A DNA stretch of 64,000 nucleotides. Source: Caldilineaceae bacterium (GTDB lineage: Bacteria > Chloroflexota > Anaerolineae > Caldilineales > Caldilineaceae). Shown piece after piece: positions 46,352-56,143 of this stretch. Where the stretch lies: NCBI GenBank assembly GCA_965219935.1, contig CBDCOU010000003.1, positions 289,632-353,631 on the forward strand, written 5' to 3'. Positions within the stretch are counted from its first letter, which is position 1. Each line of letters opens with the position of its first letter. The translations under genes and the position numbers were made by a program. The notes below the pieces were generated by a model. The model was not told the origin of the DNA and did not search any database. It saw only the letters and a program-made list of their open reading frames with translations.

Positions 46352-46379
46352 GAGAGGGGTCCCGACCGGGACCCCTCTC
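46352..46379 (-). terminator. Candidate terminator after the minus-strand sugar-binding protein gene
   Basis: Perfect 12-bp stem GAGAGGGGTCCC/GGGACCCCTCTC with a 4-nt loop. The downstream U-tract is weak (CTTGATTCC). Confidence 0.5.
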
Positions 46380-46402
46380 CTGTTGCCTCGGCAACGAAGA
46401 TA

Positions 46403-47839
46403 CTAGGAACTGGCTTCCATTTCGGCGGCCAGGAACTCGTTGGTCTCGTCCTCAAGAGCCTGCAGGGCCTCTTCCAGCCCTTCCTGACCCTCGGTGAAGA
46501 TCGGATCCATGTGCTTGAGCCAGATGGCGTCCCATTCCTGGTATCCGGGCCAGTAGGGGAATGTGCTCTGGTTTTCGGCCGGAATGTCCACGAAGACATT
46601 CTGGAAGTTCGGAATCAACTCCGCGGTCTCGCCCTGCGGCAGACCCCATTCCCAGAAGGACTTGCGGGACACGATCATGCTGCCCATGACGCCGGTGGTC
46701 GGCAACAGATCCGGGTTGGACAGGCCATAGCGGATCAGCTCGTAGGCGGTGTCCGGATAGCGGGAGCCGGTCGGCACGAACCAGCCGGAGTTGCCGGCGA
46801 AGGCCACCCGGCCTTCGGGACCCCGCGGCCAGGCGTAGACGCCCCAGGGGAACGGATTGTCGGTGCCCGAGATGGCCTCTTCCATGCGGAAGGCGGTATC
46901 GTTCAGTGCCCGGTGCATCGCAACACGGCCGGAGGCGAACGCGAACTCGCTGGTCAGGCCCATCGACTGCGTGTCTTCCGGGGTTGGCATGGCGCGGTGC
47001 TTCCAGCGCAGGTCCCACAGCAGATTGGCTGCCGTTACCACGCCGTCATTGGTGAAGCTGGCCTGCGACATGTCGTCGTTGAAGTACCAGCCGCCAAAGG
47101 CCTGGGCTATGTTCCAAACCGTGCTGGCCCCGGGCCCGATGTTGGCGCCCCAGACGGGCATGCCATTGTCATCCTCACCGGTGACGGCGATCGCGGTTTC
47201 CACGAAGTCGTTCCACGTCCAGTCCGGATCGGCCGGATAACCGCCAACGACCTCGTCCAGCAGACCCCGGTTGGCGTAGATGCCGATCGTGGCCCAGTCG
47301 TAGGGAATGGCGTAGACGGTGCCGTTCCAGCTCATGGTCTTGACCGAAGCTTCCCACCAGTCGTCCGGCCAGCCGTCCGGCGGATAGGCGTTCAGGTAGT
47401 CGGTCAGGTCGACCGACCAGCCCTTGGATGGGAATACCTGACCGCGGGACTGATGCTGCCAGGCCATGTCGGGCGGAGTGCCCGCCGCCATCAGGGTCGG
47501 GAGCTTGGTCCAGTACTCGCCCCACGGGATGCCCCACTCCACCTCGGGTTCCAGGCCCGGATAGAAGGCATCGAAGAACTCGTTGATGTGGAGCAGGAAC
47601 TTCCGGATTTCTCCTTCATCCTCCCAACTCATGATCTTGAAGTCCCCGGTTGCGTCCCGATCACCCATGCCGGTAAGCCAGCGGGCCGCGGCCTCGGAAT
47701 CGACCGCTTCACCCGCGGCCGTGTCCTCCGCCGCCGGCGGGGTGGGAGCCACGCAGGCGGCCAGTGCCACAGTCGAAGCTGCGGCGCCCACCTGCAGGAA
47801 ACGCCTCCGGCTCAGCAGGTACCTTCTCTTTTCGTCCAT
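46403..47839 (-). CDS. ABC transporter sugar-binding protein (family 1) with a Tat-type signal
   Basis: MDEKRRYLLSRRRFLQVGAAASTVALAAC. GGGAGG lies 7 nt upstream of the ATG at 47839. Confidence 0.85.
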   Translation of the reverse strand: MDEKRRYLLSRRRFLQVGAAASTVALAACVAPTPPAAEDTAAGEAVDSEAAARWLTGMGDRDATGDFKIMSWEDEGEIRKFLLHINEFFDAFYPGLEPEVEWGIPWGEYWTKLPTLMAAGTPPDMAWQHQSRGQVFPSKGWSVDLTDYLNAYPPDGWPDDWWEASVKTMSWNGTVYAIPYDWATIGIYANRGLLDEVVGGYPADPDWTWNDFVETAIAVTGEDDNGMPVWGANIGPGASTVWNIAQAFGGWYFNDDMSQASFTNDGVVTAANLLWDLRWKHRAMPTPEDTQSMGLTSEFAFASGRVAMHRALNDTAFRMEEAISGTDNPFPWGVYAWPRGPEGRVAFAGNSGWFVPTGSRYPDTAYELIRYGLSNPDLLPTTGVMGSMIVSRKSFWEWGLPQGETAELIPNFQNVFVDIPAENQSTFPYWPGYQEWDAIWLKHMDPIFTEGQEGLEEALQALEDETNEFLAAEMEASS

Positions 47840-47905
47840 CGTTATTACCTCCCGGTTCAAAACGGACGTTGTCAATACAGGGTAGGGCTCCCAAGGGGGA
47901 GCACG

Positions 47906-48433
47906 TCAGAATCCGAGTTCGATGGTCCCGTCGAAGTCCTTGAACATGAGCTGCAGGCCCGTGGCACTGTCCGGGACCAGGAAGGTGACCACGCCGCGCC
48001 GGCTCTTGCCCGGTTGCAGGGGACTGTCCAACACAATGGAGTAACCCTCCTTGCTCCCGTCCTGTTCCAGGTATGCAACCTGATGGGCCGAGATGCTGGC
48101 GCTGTACTCGTTGCCGGCCGCGTCCCTGACTTGGAGCAGACTGCGGTCCACAACCTTGAGTACCGTTCCCGTATTGGAGAGATCCAGGAACACGAGAAGA
48201 TAGATGTTCTCGTTCTCGGCTTGATAGGTGATGTTGCCCTTGCCCAGGATCAGGTGCTTTTCCGGAGCGTCGGCCAAGTTGACCTTCCAACCGTCGCCTT
48301 CGATGGTGGCGCTCAGGTCGATTGTCTCGGCATCCGCTGCTTCACCTCCGCCCCCGCCGCCGCACGCCGCGGCCGCCAGCGCGAAGACAAGGCACAGGAA
48401 CAATGCAGGGATGAGCCGCGGAACGGTGCCCAT
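47906..48433 (-). CDS. DUF4352-like lipoprotein
   Basis: MGTVPRLIPALFLCLVFALAAAAC lipobox, a Gly-rich linker, then a beta-sandwich-like region YLLVFLDLSNTGTV...LQVRDAAGNEY. It is the 3' part of the listed ORF 47906..49093. Confidence 0.7.
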   Translation of the reverse strand: MGTVPRLIPALFLCLVFALAAAACGGGGGGEAADAETIDLSATIEGDGWKVNLADAPEKHLILGKGNITYQAENENIYLLVFLDLSNTGTVLKVVDRSLLQVRDAAGNEYSASISAHQVAYLEQDGSKEGYSIVLDSPLQPGKSRRGVVTFLVPDSATGLQLMFKDFDGTIELGF

Positions 48434-48441
48434 GGAATTCG

Positions 48442-49347
48442 CTACCCTTTCAGTCCGGTGGTGACGATGCCGCGCACGTAGTATTTCTGGCCCACCAGGA
48501 ACAGCACCATGATCGGCAGGACGCTGACGACCGATGCGGCCATGACGAGGTGCCACGGCGTCTTCATGGCGGTCATGCCCCGGAAGGCCGCCATGCCCAG
48601 CGAGATCGTCTTCTTTTCCAGGCTGCTGATGATGATCAGCGGCCAGAGAAAGGCGTTCCAACTGTCCATGAAGGTGAAGATGCCCAGGGTTGCCAGGGCC
48701 GGTCCCGTGAGCGGCAGGATGATGCGGTAGTAGATCTGGAAGAAGCTGGCGCCGTCGATCAAGCCGGCATCCTCGAGTTCCCTGGGGATGGTGAGCATGA
48801 ACTGCCGCATCAGGAACGTGCCCCAGGCACTGAACATGCCCGGGACGATCAGGGCCTGCAACTGGTCCACCCACTGGAAGGTGCGCATCAGGACGAACAG
48901 CGGAATCATCCGGACCGCAAACGGCACCATCATCGTGGAGAGGTAGATCAGGAAAATCGTGTCCCGGTGGCGGAACCGGAGGCGGGCGAACGCGTAGCCG
49001 GCCAGCGATGAGGTGAACAGGACCCCGGCCGTCTCCAGCGAGGAGACGAAGAAGCTGTTGCGGAAGAACAGGTGGAACGGCAGCCGCCGCCAAATCTCAA
49101 GGTAGTTCGTCCACTGCCACGTGCTCGGGATGAACGTGGGTGGGAAGTTGAACAGGCCGCCGAATTCCTTGAAGGAGCTGGAAACCATCCAGAAGAAGGG
49201 CAGGATGAAGATGATGCTGCCGACGAGCAGACCGGCCCACACCACCGCGTCGACAAGCAACGTTTGGGAGCGGCGGCCCAGGCCGGCCACCGACCGCGAG
49301 CCTGCCGGGACGGCAATCTGTTCGGGTTGGACGGCTTCGGCTTTCAT
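48442..49347 (-). CDS. Carbohydrate ABC transporter permease (MalG-like)
   Basis: EAA loop LEDAGLIDGASFFQIYYRIILPL. Confidence 0.85.
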   Translation of the reverse strand: MKAEAVQPEQIAVPAGSRSVAGLGRRSQTLLVDAVVWAGLLVGSIIFILPFFWMVSSSFKEFGGLFNFPPTFIPSTWQWTNYLEIWRRLPFHLFFRNSFFVSSLETAGVLFTSSLAGYAFARLRFRHRDTIFLIYLSTMMVPFAVRMIPLFVLMRTFQWVDQLQALIVPGMFSAWGTFLMRQFMLTIPRELEDAGLIDGASFFQIYYRIILPLTGPALATLGIFTFMDSWNAFLWPLIIISSLEKKTISLGMAAFRGMTAMKTPWHLVMAASVVSVLPIMVLFLVGQKYYVRGIVTTGLKG

Positions 49348-49378
49348 GAAGAAACGTTGGGCGGCTCGGCCTGGGCGC

Positions 49379-50278
49379 TCAGTCCTGCGTAAACCCGTGC
49401 ACCCAGGTCTTGGCCGAGGTCCACTGAATCAGCGTGATGAACAGAATACAGAGGAACAGCACGAAGGCCATCGACGAGGCATAGCCCATCTTGAAGTAGC
49501 GGAAGCCGTTGTTGAAGATGTGCAGGACCAGCGTTGTGGTGGCAAACGATGGTCCACCGTTGGTCATGATATAGAACTGGTCGAAGCCTTGGAAAGCGCC
49601 GATGAACGAGGTGGTCAGCACGAAAAACGTTGTCGGCGACAGCATGGGAATCGTGATCTTGACCAGCCTGTACCAGCTGTTGGCGCCGTCCATCACGGCC
49701 GCCTCGTACAGCTCGGCCGGTACGCCCTGCAACCCCGCCAGGAAAATCAGCATGGCATAGCCGATGCCCTTCCAGTTGCTCATGATGATGAGGGCCGGCA
49801 TGGCGGACTTGCTGTTGAAGAGCCAGTTGGGACCCTGGATGCCAATCAGGCTGAGCAGGTAGTTGATGATGCCGAATTCCGGGTGGTAGATCCAGGCCCA
49901 GACGATGGCGGCGGCCACGGTCAGGGTGACGTGCGGCAGGAAGTAAATGAGCCGAAAGGCAAACACTCCCCGCATGGGCCGGTTGACACCCAGGGCCAGG
50001 ACAAACGCCAGGAAGACCCCGGTGGGCACGGCCACGAAAGCGTAGTAGAAGGTGTTGCCGAAGGCCTTGACGAAAATGTCGTCGCCGATCATGGCCCGGA
50101 AATTCGCCAGGCCGGCAAAGGTGGGGGGCGCGCTCAACTCCCACTCGGTGAAGGTGAGGTAGATCGCAGCCAGGATTGGGAAGACCAGGAAGACCAGGAA
50201 ACCGATTAGGTTGGGCAGGATGAACAGGTAACCTGCCAGTTCTTCCTTGCGCTGCAATCCGGACAGCTTGGCGGCCAT
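49379..50278 (-). CDS. Carbohydrate ABC transporter permease (MalF-like)
   Basis: EAA loop YEAAVMDGANSWYRLVKITIPML. Confidence 0.85.
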   Translation of the reverse strand: MAAKLSGLQRKEELAGYLFILPNLIGFLVFLVFPILAAIYLTFTEWELSAPPTFAGLANFRAMIGDDIFVKAFGNTFYYAFVAVPTGVFLAFVLALGVNRPMRGVFAFRLIYFLPHVTLTVAAAIVWAWIYHPEFGIINYLLSLIGIQGPNWLFNSKSAMPALIIMSNWKGIGYAMLIFLAGLQGVPAELYEAAVMDGANSWYRLVKITIPMLSPTTFFVLTTSFIGAFQGFDQFYIMTNGGPSFATTTLVLHIFNNGFRYFKMGYASSMAFVLFLCILFITLIQWTSAKTWVHGFTQD

Positions 50279-50493
50279 GGCGGAACGGGAAAGGGTGAAC
50301 GACGCCTCAAGGGCGGACGAACAAGACGATTCAGCACTGAATGCTCGGACGGCCGATTATAGCGCAGGCTATCGAGAGGTGCGGCGAATTGGATCCAACT
50401 TCAACGGAACAGCACTCTTTCCCGCACCACCCGGGACTTGGCTCTGATACCAGTTGAGGTCTGCCGGTTTTCCGAGGTCAGTACCGAAGCCAA

Positions 50494-51081
50494 ATGACCG
50501 TGCTGACCGCCCCGGCCACAGTCTGGACCGCCCTGCGCCAACGCTGGCCCAATGGCACCAAGAGGCATCTTCAGGCCGCCACCGGCACGGCTCTCTGGTA
50601 CTACCCGGGCCAACCCACCGTCCCGCTGCGCTGGCTACCCGTGTGCAACCCGACCGGGTGCCGGCAACTCCAGGCCCTGCTCTGTACCAATCCCGACTGG
50701 AGCCCCACCGCCATGCTCACCACGTACCTGCAGCGCTGGTAGGTGGAAGTCACCTTCCAGGAAGTCCGCACCCACCTGGGCGTCGAAACTCAGTGCCAGT
50801 GGTCGGCGGCCATCGTCCGTACCACCCCGGTCCTGCGCGGCCTCTTCAGCTGGCTCCTCCTGGTCGCCCACCACCGGCTCCGGGCGTGCTCTTTCCGCCC
50901 CCGCCGGGCTGCCTGGTATGCCAAGACCGTCCCCACCTTCTCCGATGTCTTGGCCTGCGTCCAGACGGCGTGGCGGACGCAGGCCTTGCCTTTTTCCATG
51001 TCCCCGGTCGCCTCTGACATCCGCAAACGTCCCCAGCCGCCGCCTGATCCGTGCTTGGCCGCCCTCTGCCACTCGACCTAA
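50494..51081 (+). pseudogene. C-terminal fragment of a DDE transposase (IS4/IS701-like) with an in-frame TAG
   Basis: ...LTTYLQRW*VEVTFQEVRTHLGVETQ is the Y-x2-R-W-x-[IV]-E signature, interrupted by TAG at 50740-50742. No N-terminal catalytic part lies upstream. Confidence 0.65.
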
Positions 51082-51340
51082 AACACTCCCGCCCCTCAGC
51101 GCCCGCCCGGACTTCGCGCAAAGTTCAGCTTTGGCGGCAACTGTTCCGGTACCCCCCTGTGCAAGCGGCCTGAGGGGCGGGGACGCGACGGTATCGGGTT
51201 AGGGTGGGATGGGGTCCAGCCACGGTGCGTCGGGATCCAGCCACAGGAGGTCGGGCAGGTTTTGCCCCTGCGTGCAGGAAGGATTCCCAGGCCGCAAACC
51301 GGCGGCAATCGAATGCGGGACCCTACAAGGCAGAATCCGT

Positions 51341-52612
51341 TTACCTCGCCAAGTCCTCGACCGTCATGTCGCCCGGCAGAACACCCTCGTAGGTGATGAG
51401 GTCGCCGAAACGCACCCACCTGCCCCCTTCAACTCGGACCAGAAAACCCCCTTGCACGGGATCGTGGTCGGTGGGGCTGGTGTTGACGGGCCCAAGGCAA
51501 ACGGAGCACCAAAAATCGGTGATCGACTCCGCGGCTTCGAGCAGGCCCTCGCGGGAAAGGTCCGGACCAGCCTTTCTCAGGGTTTCCTCCACCAACTCTC
51601 CGATGAATTGGCCGTACAGGGTCAAGGTGTTGCCGTTCTCCGCTCCCATGTAGTCCTGGACCAGTTTATGGTGTTTGGCGACGTCGGGGTCGTCGATTTC
51701 AAAGGCCGATTTGAGGTATCCAAGGGACACGGTGCCTTCGATGACCTCCGGGCCGGCCAAGAGCACGGTTAATTCGTTGGCACTGACCACAGTCAAAACG
51801 AAGGGCACGTCCCAATTCAGGTTCAGACGCGCGTGTTTGATCGCGGTGGCGAAATGTTGGGGCGTGGCCCAGATGGCAATCACGTCGGCTCCCGCCGCGT
51901 GGAGGCGATCCACCTGGGAGGACAGGTCCACATCCAGGACTTCGTGAGTTTCTTCACCCACTATGTCCAGGGCATCTCCCACTCCCCGCCTGATGCCGGT
52001 CATGCCGTCCGCGCCGAAATCGTCGTTCTGGCGCATCAAACCCAACTTTAGCCCGGGATAGGTCTCCGCGATATGTTGTCCCAAAATTATCCCTTCGCCC
52101 ACGTAGTTGGGGACGGAGCCAAAGACCATGGGTCTGGCCTCCGGGTCCTTCACCCACTCGGTAGCTCCGGTCGCCAGGAACAGGTCGGGCACTCCGTTTT
52201 CCTGAAGATAGTCCACAACCTGCAAGTGGGTGGGCGTTCCAAATCCGTTGACCAAGGCGAAGATTCGGTCTTCCTCCACCAGCTTGCGGACCAGGTCGAC
52301 CGTCTTGGGAGGCGAATAGCCGTCGTCTTCGATCAAAAACTTGATTGTCCTGCCGTTGACTCCCCCCTTGGTCTCGTTCACGTAATCGAAGTAGGCGTTG
52401 ATGGCTAAAGCGACTTGAGAATACACGGCGACGGGGCCGGTAAGGGCGGTGTGAGTTCCCAGCACCACCTCATCGTCCGTAACCCCGGGCACCGGCACCT
52501 CCTCGGTAGGCGCCGGAAATTCTCCGACACCTTCCACGCATGCGGCTCCCAGGAACATCGCCGCGAGCAATCCGGCAACAACCCATGTCCAAGCTTTACC
52601 CGAGAGAGTCAT
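51341..52612 (-). CDS. Branched-chain amino acid ABC transporter substrate-binding protein (LivJ/K-like)
   Basis: MTLSGKAWTWVVAGLLAAMFLGAAC signal, then VLGTHTALTGPVAVYS..GGVNGRTIKFLIEDDGYSP. An AGGAG RBS precedes the ATG at 52612, within ORF 51341..52849. Confidence 0.85.
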   Translation of the reverse strand: MTLSGKAWTWVVAGLLAAMFLGAACVEGVGEFPAPTEEVPVPGVTDDEVVLGTHTALTGPVAVYSQVALAINAYFDYVNETKGGVNGRTIKFLIEDDGYSPPKTVDLVRKLVEEDRIFALVNGFGTPTHLQVVDYLQENGVPDLFLATGATEWVKDPEARPMVFGSVPNYVGEGIILGQHIAETYPGLKLGLMRQNDDFGADGMTGIRRGVGDALDIVGEETHEVLDVDLSSQVDRLHAAGADVIAIWATPQHFATAIKHARLNLNWDVPFVLTVVSANELTVLLAGPEVIEGTVSLGYLKSAFEIDDPDVAKHHKLVQDYMGAENGNTLTLYGQFIGELVEETLRKAGPDLSREGLLEAAESITDFWCSVCLGPVNTSPTDHDPVQGGFLVRVEGGRWVRFGDLITYEGVLPGDMTVEDLAR

Positions 52613-52705
52613 TTCATCGCTCCTATTGTGCTTCGCAGTACGTTGAACGGGTTCGGATGTGACCTTATACCACACTTCTGGTTGTTGCTTTGGCGGGCCG
52701 TAGGC

Positions 52706-53390
52706 CAGGGCAGGGCAATCGCATTCTGTTTTAAGTCGAAGCCAAGTGAATAAATATTTTTGAAGATTATGGGTGCAGCAGTCAAATGTCCAATCCGATA
52801 ACGAAACAAGCCGATTAACCGATACTCGCTGGCACAAACTGCATTGCACAACGTCATAAATTCAGGCGAGCGGGGACCAGGGCTCCACAGGGATAACAGG
52901 ACGGAACTCCCAAAGCCGGGCGCGGCGAGTGCGGCACTGGACCGGATGCAGGAAGCCGACTAGCGCGCCCACCACCAAGGCCTCTGTGATTGCCTGGAAG
53001 CCACCTTTGCCTTGGAACAGACCGTGGATTGCGTCGGCTGTCGCCACGACTATGCGCATACGGTCGGGAAGAACCGCGGGCGAATTGAGACCGACCGCTG
53101 TGGTGACCGGGTCACGACCGACACCCGCTGCTCCATCTCCAGCCCGCCCCCCAAGGCCAAGCCCCTACTGCAGGCGGTGTGCCAGCACTGGAGCATCGAA
53201 AACGTCCACCACCGGGTCCTGGATGTCGCCTTGGGCGAGGATGACAGCCGCATCCGCACGGGACACGCCGCCCACAATATGGCCATCTCCTGCGCATCGC
53301 CCACAGGCGGCTGGCGGCCGCCTGGAACAAGGACTACCTGTGCCGGCTAATCGGCCTCATGCCCAAATCCAATTGGATGCAATTGCCTTG
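52706..53390 (+). mobile_element. Internally deleted ISAs1-family element with a 10-bp target-site duplication
   Basis: Ends are CAGGGCAGGGCAATCGCATTC... (52706-) and ...GGATGCAATTGCCTTG (-53390). Identical GGCCGTAGGC lies at 52696-52705 and 53391-53400. The interior holds a decayed transposase. Confidence 0.75.
53012..53350 (+). pseudogene. ISAs1-family (H-repeat-associated) transposase remnant
   Basis: GRIETDRC...LLQAVCQHWSIENVHHRVLDVALGEDDSRIRTGHAAHNMA matches the conserved HW.IEN..H..LDV...ED.SR.R.G.A..N C-terminal block. It is frameshifted before AAAWNKDYLCRLIG. Confidence 0.75.
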
Positions 53391-53492
53391 GGCCGTAGGC
53401 TGGCTTGGATGTCGAACGGCGACGGCGCCAACCCGTACACAGGCCAACACTTGGCGTCATGACCTGGACGACCAGAGCCGTCCAAGGTTCCA

Positions 53493-54503
53493 TCACCGGA
53501 GTTTGGGCCACGTAGGCCTTTGGAAAAATCCCGCGACACCCTTGGGAAACAGAACGATCACCGCGATTAGGGACGCCCCGTAGAAAACGTTCCGCAGGTT
53601 GTTGGCCCCCGGCACGAACCCGGCCAAAGCGCTAATGGCTTCAGACTGGAAGGTTAAGAACAACGCCGCGACTATGGAACCAAGCACACTGCCCAGTCCT
53701 CCAATCACGATCGCCACCAGGAAGAATATCGAGTCTATGAGACCGAGGCTGTCGGGAGAGACGAATCCTTGTACGGCAAAGAAAAGCCCTCCCCCAATGC
53801 CCGCATACAGTGAACTGACGCCGAAGGCCAACGCCTTGTACCTCGGCACGTCGATTCCCATCTGCTCCGCGCCCACCTCGCTGTCGCGCAAGGCTACGAA
53901 TGCCCGGCCCGTGCGGCTCCGCGTCAGGTTCAGGAACAAGACTGTCATGAACACCGCCGCGGCCATCGCGACGTAATACATCCACGCCCGGCCGTCCAGT
54001 ATGCCCCCCAAAAAGCCGGGAGGCTCCACCGCGCCTCCCCTGATGCCCAACGCCCCTTGGGTCCACCGGGTCAGCGCATTCAATTTGAGGATTTGGGGAA
54101 AGGCCAACATCAAACCGAACGTGGCAATGGCCAGGTAAGGCCCTCTCAAGCGCACTGCGGGGATGCCTATCGTCACCCACCCCACGACGGCGGTCGCCGC
54201 CCCCGACAAGCCGATGGCGCCCCACAAGGGGAAGGCATATTGTTGGGAGAGCACCGCCGTTAGGTACGCGCTGGCCAGGACCAGCGCCGCGTGTCCGAAC
54301 GAGACTTGTCCGCTATATCCGGTCAGTAGGTTCATGCCAAGCAGAACGAGCAGCCAAACGGCAAACATGGTGGCGTTGAAGGTCCGGAATTCACTCAGAA
54401 ACACTCTGAAGAAAGGCCACTCGTGAAGGAAGGGAAACGCTACCAGGAACATGCCCAGCAGCAGTAACCCTATCGGCTTAAGTCCGGTTGGGAGGGCTTG
54501 CAC
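53493..54503 (-). CDS. livM: Branched-chain amino acid ABC transporter permease
   Basis: NLLTGYSGQVSFGHAA, GRAFVALRDSEVGAEQMGI and GGLGSVLGS. Confidence 0.85.
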   Translation of the reverse strand: MQALPTGLKPIGLLLLGMFLVAFPFLHEWPFFRVFLSEFRTFNATMFAVWLLVLLGMNLLTGYSGQVSFGHAALVLASAYLTAVLSQQYAFPLWGAIGLSGAATAVVGWVTIGIPAVRLRGPYLAIATFGLMLAFPQILKLNALTRWTQGALGIRGGAVEPPGFLGGILDGRAWMYYVAMAAAVFMTVLFLNLTRSRTGRAFVALRDSEVGAEQMGIDVPRYKALAFGVSSLYAGIGGGLFFAVQGFVSPDSLGLIDSIFFLVAIVIGGLGSVLGSIVAALFLTFQSEAISALAGFVPGANNLRNVFYGASLIAVIVLFPKGVAGFFQRPTWPKLR

Positions 54504-54506
54504 CGG

Positions 54507-55406
54507 CTACACGCGCATCTGGACGGGTCGTCCGAAAATGCCATTGGGCCGCACCATCAGCACCAGCACAATCACTGCGAAGGCCACGGCCAGGTCGATG
54601 CTGCCTACGCTGGAAGGCGTATAGGTGCCGGCCAAATTCTTCACAACTCCGATGATCAACCCGCCGACCACGGCTCCGACAGGGCTGTCCAAGCCGCCCA
54701 GCACTGCCGCTGCCAAGGCGAACATCACAACAAAAAACATCGTCCGGATGTCAAGCCCCAGGCTTTGGGCCGCCAGTATTCCGGCTATGGCGCCTACTGC
54801 AGTGCCCAAACCCCAACCCGTGCTCAACATGCGGCCCACCGGGATGCCCACCAACCGGCTGGCCAGCCGGTTTAGGGCCGTTGCCCGTAATGCCAGACCA
54901 AACCTGGTGTGTTGGAACAGCAGATACAACAAGGCCGTAGTCACGATGGAAACCACCAGGATGCCCAGGTTCAGACGCCCGATGCACACCCCGCCAACGC
55001 AAGACGCGCCCCCGCTGAAGAAGCTGAAGGGGCCGAAACTCTTGGGCAACGGTCCCCAAACATACAACGCCAACCCGTCGAAAATGAGGAACAACCCCAT
55101 CGCCACAATAAGAGAGTTGAGGTCGGAAGTTCCTTCTACCCGCCTCACGATCAGCCACTCGACCAAGGCCCCCATCGCCAGCGCGGACAACAGGGTCAGC
55201 AAGACCGCCGGCCAGAAGCCCATGCCCGTGCTCATCGCCGACCAAGCGACGAACGTTGAGAACATGGCCATCTGCCCTTGGGCAAAGTTGAGGGTGCCGG
55301 TGGCGCGGTAGATCAACACTATGCCGAGAGCCAGGATGGCGAACATGCTTCCGCTGGCGATGCCGCCGATTAGCTGTTGCAGAAAGAGGTCCATGGCAGT
55401 TCCCAT
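54507..55406 (-). CDS. livH: Branched-chain amino acid ABC transporter permease
   Basis: LQQLIGGIASGSMFAILALGIVLIYRATGTLNFAQG ... GGLDSPVGAVVGG. Confidence 0.85.
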   Translation of the reverse strand: MGTAMDLFLQQLIGGIASGSMFAILALGIVLIYRATGTLNFAQGQMAMFSTFVAWSAMSTGMGFWPAVLLTLLSALAMGALVEWLIVRRVEGTSDLNSLIVAMGLFLIFDGLALYVWGPLPKSFGPFSFFSGGASCVGGVCIGRLNLGILVVSIVTTALLYLLFQHTRFGLALRATALNRLASRLVGIPVGRMLSTGWGLGTAVGAIAGILAAQSLGLDIRTMFFVVMFALAAAVLGGLDSPVGAVVGGLIIGVVKNLAGTYTPSSVGSIDLAVAFAVIVLVLMVRPNGIFGRPVQMRV

Positions 55407-55423
55407 TGCGGCTCAAGCGACGC

Positions 55424-56143
55424 TCAGTGGCCCAGGTAAGCGCTGCGCACCTCTTCGTTGTCCAGTAAATTCCGGGCGGTGTCGCCCAGCACCACCTTGC
55501 CCACTTCCAACACGTAGCCATATCCGGAAATTCCCACCGCCAAGTCGGCGGCCTGTTCGGCCAGCAGCACCGATATGCCCTCCGCTTTGCTCAAGCTCAT
55601 GATTCGGGCGAACATTTCCTGGGCCAGAAGCGGTGCCAAACCCAACGAAGGTTCGTCCATGAGCAACAGCCGGGGCCGCGCCATCAACGCCCGCCCGATG
55701 ACCAGCATCTGTTGCTCGCCGCCACTCAGCAGATAGGACGACAATTCAAGCCTCTCACTCAGGGCGGGAAAGTAGGTGAGTACCCGCTCCAGCTGTTCAT
55801 CGAAACCCTTGCCCTCCCCTTGGGTGTACGCACCCAGGCGTAGGTTCTCCAACACCGTCATCTCGCCGAACAACTGGCGTCCCTCGGGTGTCGCGCATAT
55901 GCCCAACCTCACGATGGCCTCGGTGGACAACCCGGCAATCTCCCGGCCTTCAAATTCGATGGATCCGGCCTGGATCGGCAAAAGGCCCGCCACCGCGCGA
56001 ATGGTGGTGCTCTTTCCGGACCCGTTGGCTCCGAGAAGAGTCACGATGTGGCCTTCCGGCACTTCCAACGAGACTCCGTGCAAGGCGGGCGCTTGGCCAT
56101 AAGAGACGCGAATGTCCTTAAGCGTCAACATGCGGCGCACCAA
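55424..56143 (-). CDS. livF: Branched-chain amino acid ABC transporter ATP-binding protein
   Basis: Walker A GANGSGKST, signature LSGGEQQ, Walker B LLLMDEPS. Confidence 0.85.
   Translation of the reverse strand: MVRRMLTLKDIRVSYGQAPALHGVSLEVPEGHIVTLLGANGSGKSTTIRAVAGLLPIQAGSIEFEGREIAGLSTEAIVRLGICATPEGRQLFGEMTVLENLRLGAYTQGEGKGFDEQLERVLTYFPALSERLELSSYLLSGGEQQMLVIGRALMARPRLLLMDEPSLGLAPLLAQEMFARIMSLSKAEGISVLLAEQAADLAVGISGYGYVLEVGKVVLGDTARNLLDNEEVRSAYLGH

Noticed and set aside
46247-48481. 744-aa + strand ORF, the longest unexplained ORF in the track
   Set aside because: It runs antisense across three well-supported minus-strand genes (DUF418 start, sugar-binding protein, lipoprotein). It has shadow-type Gly/Arg/Val/Pro composition and no motifs.
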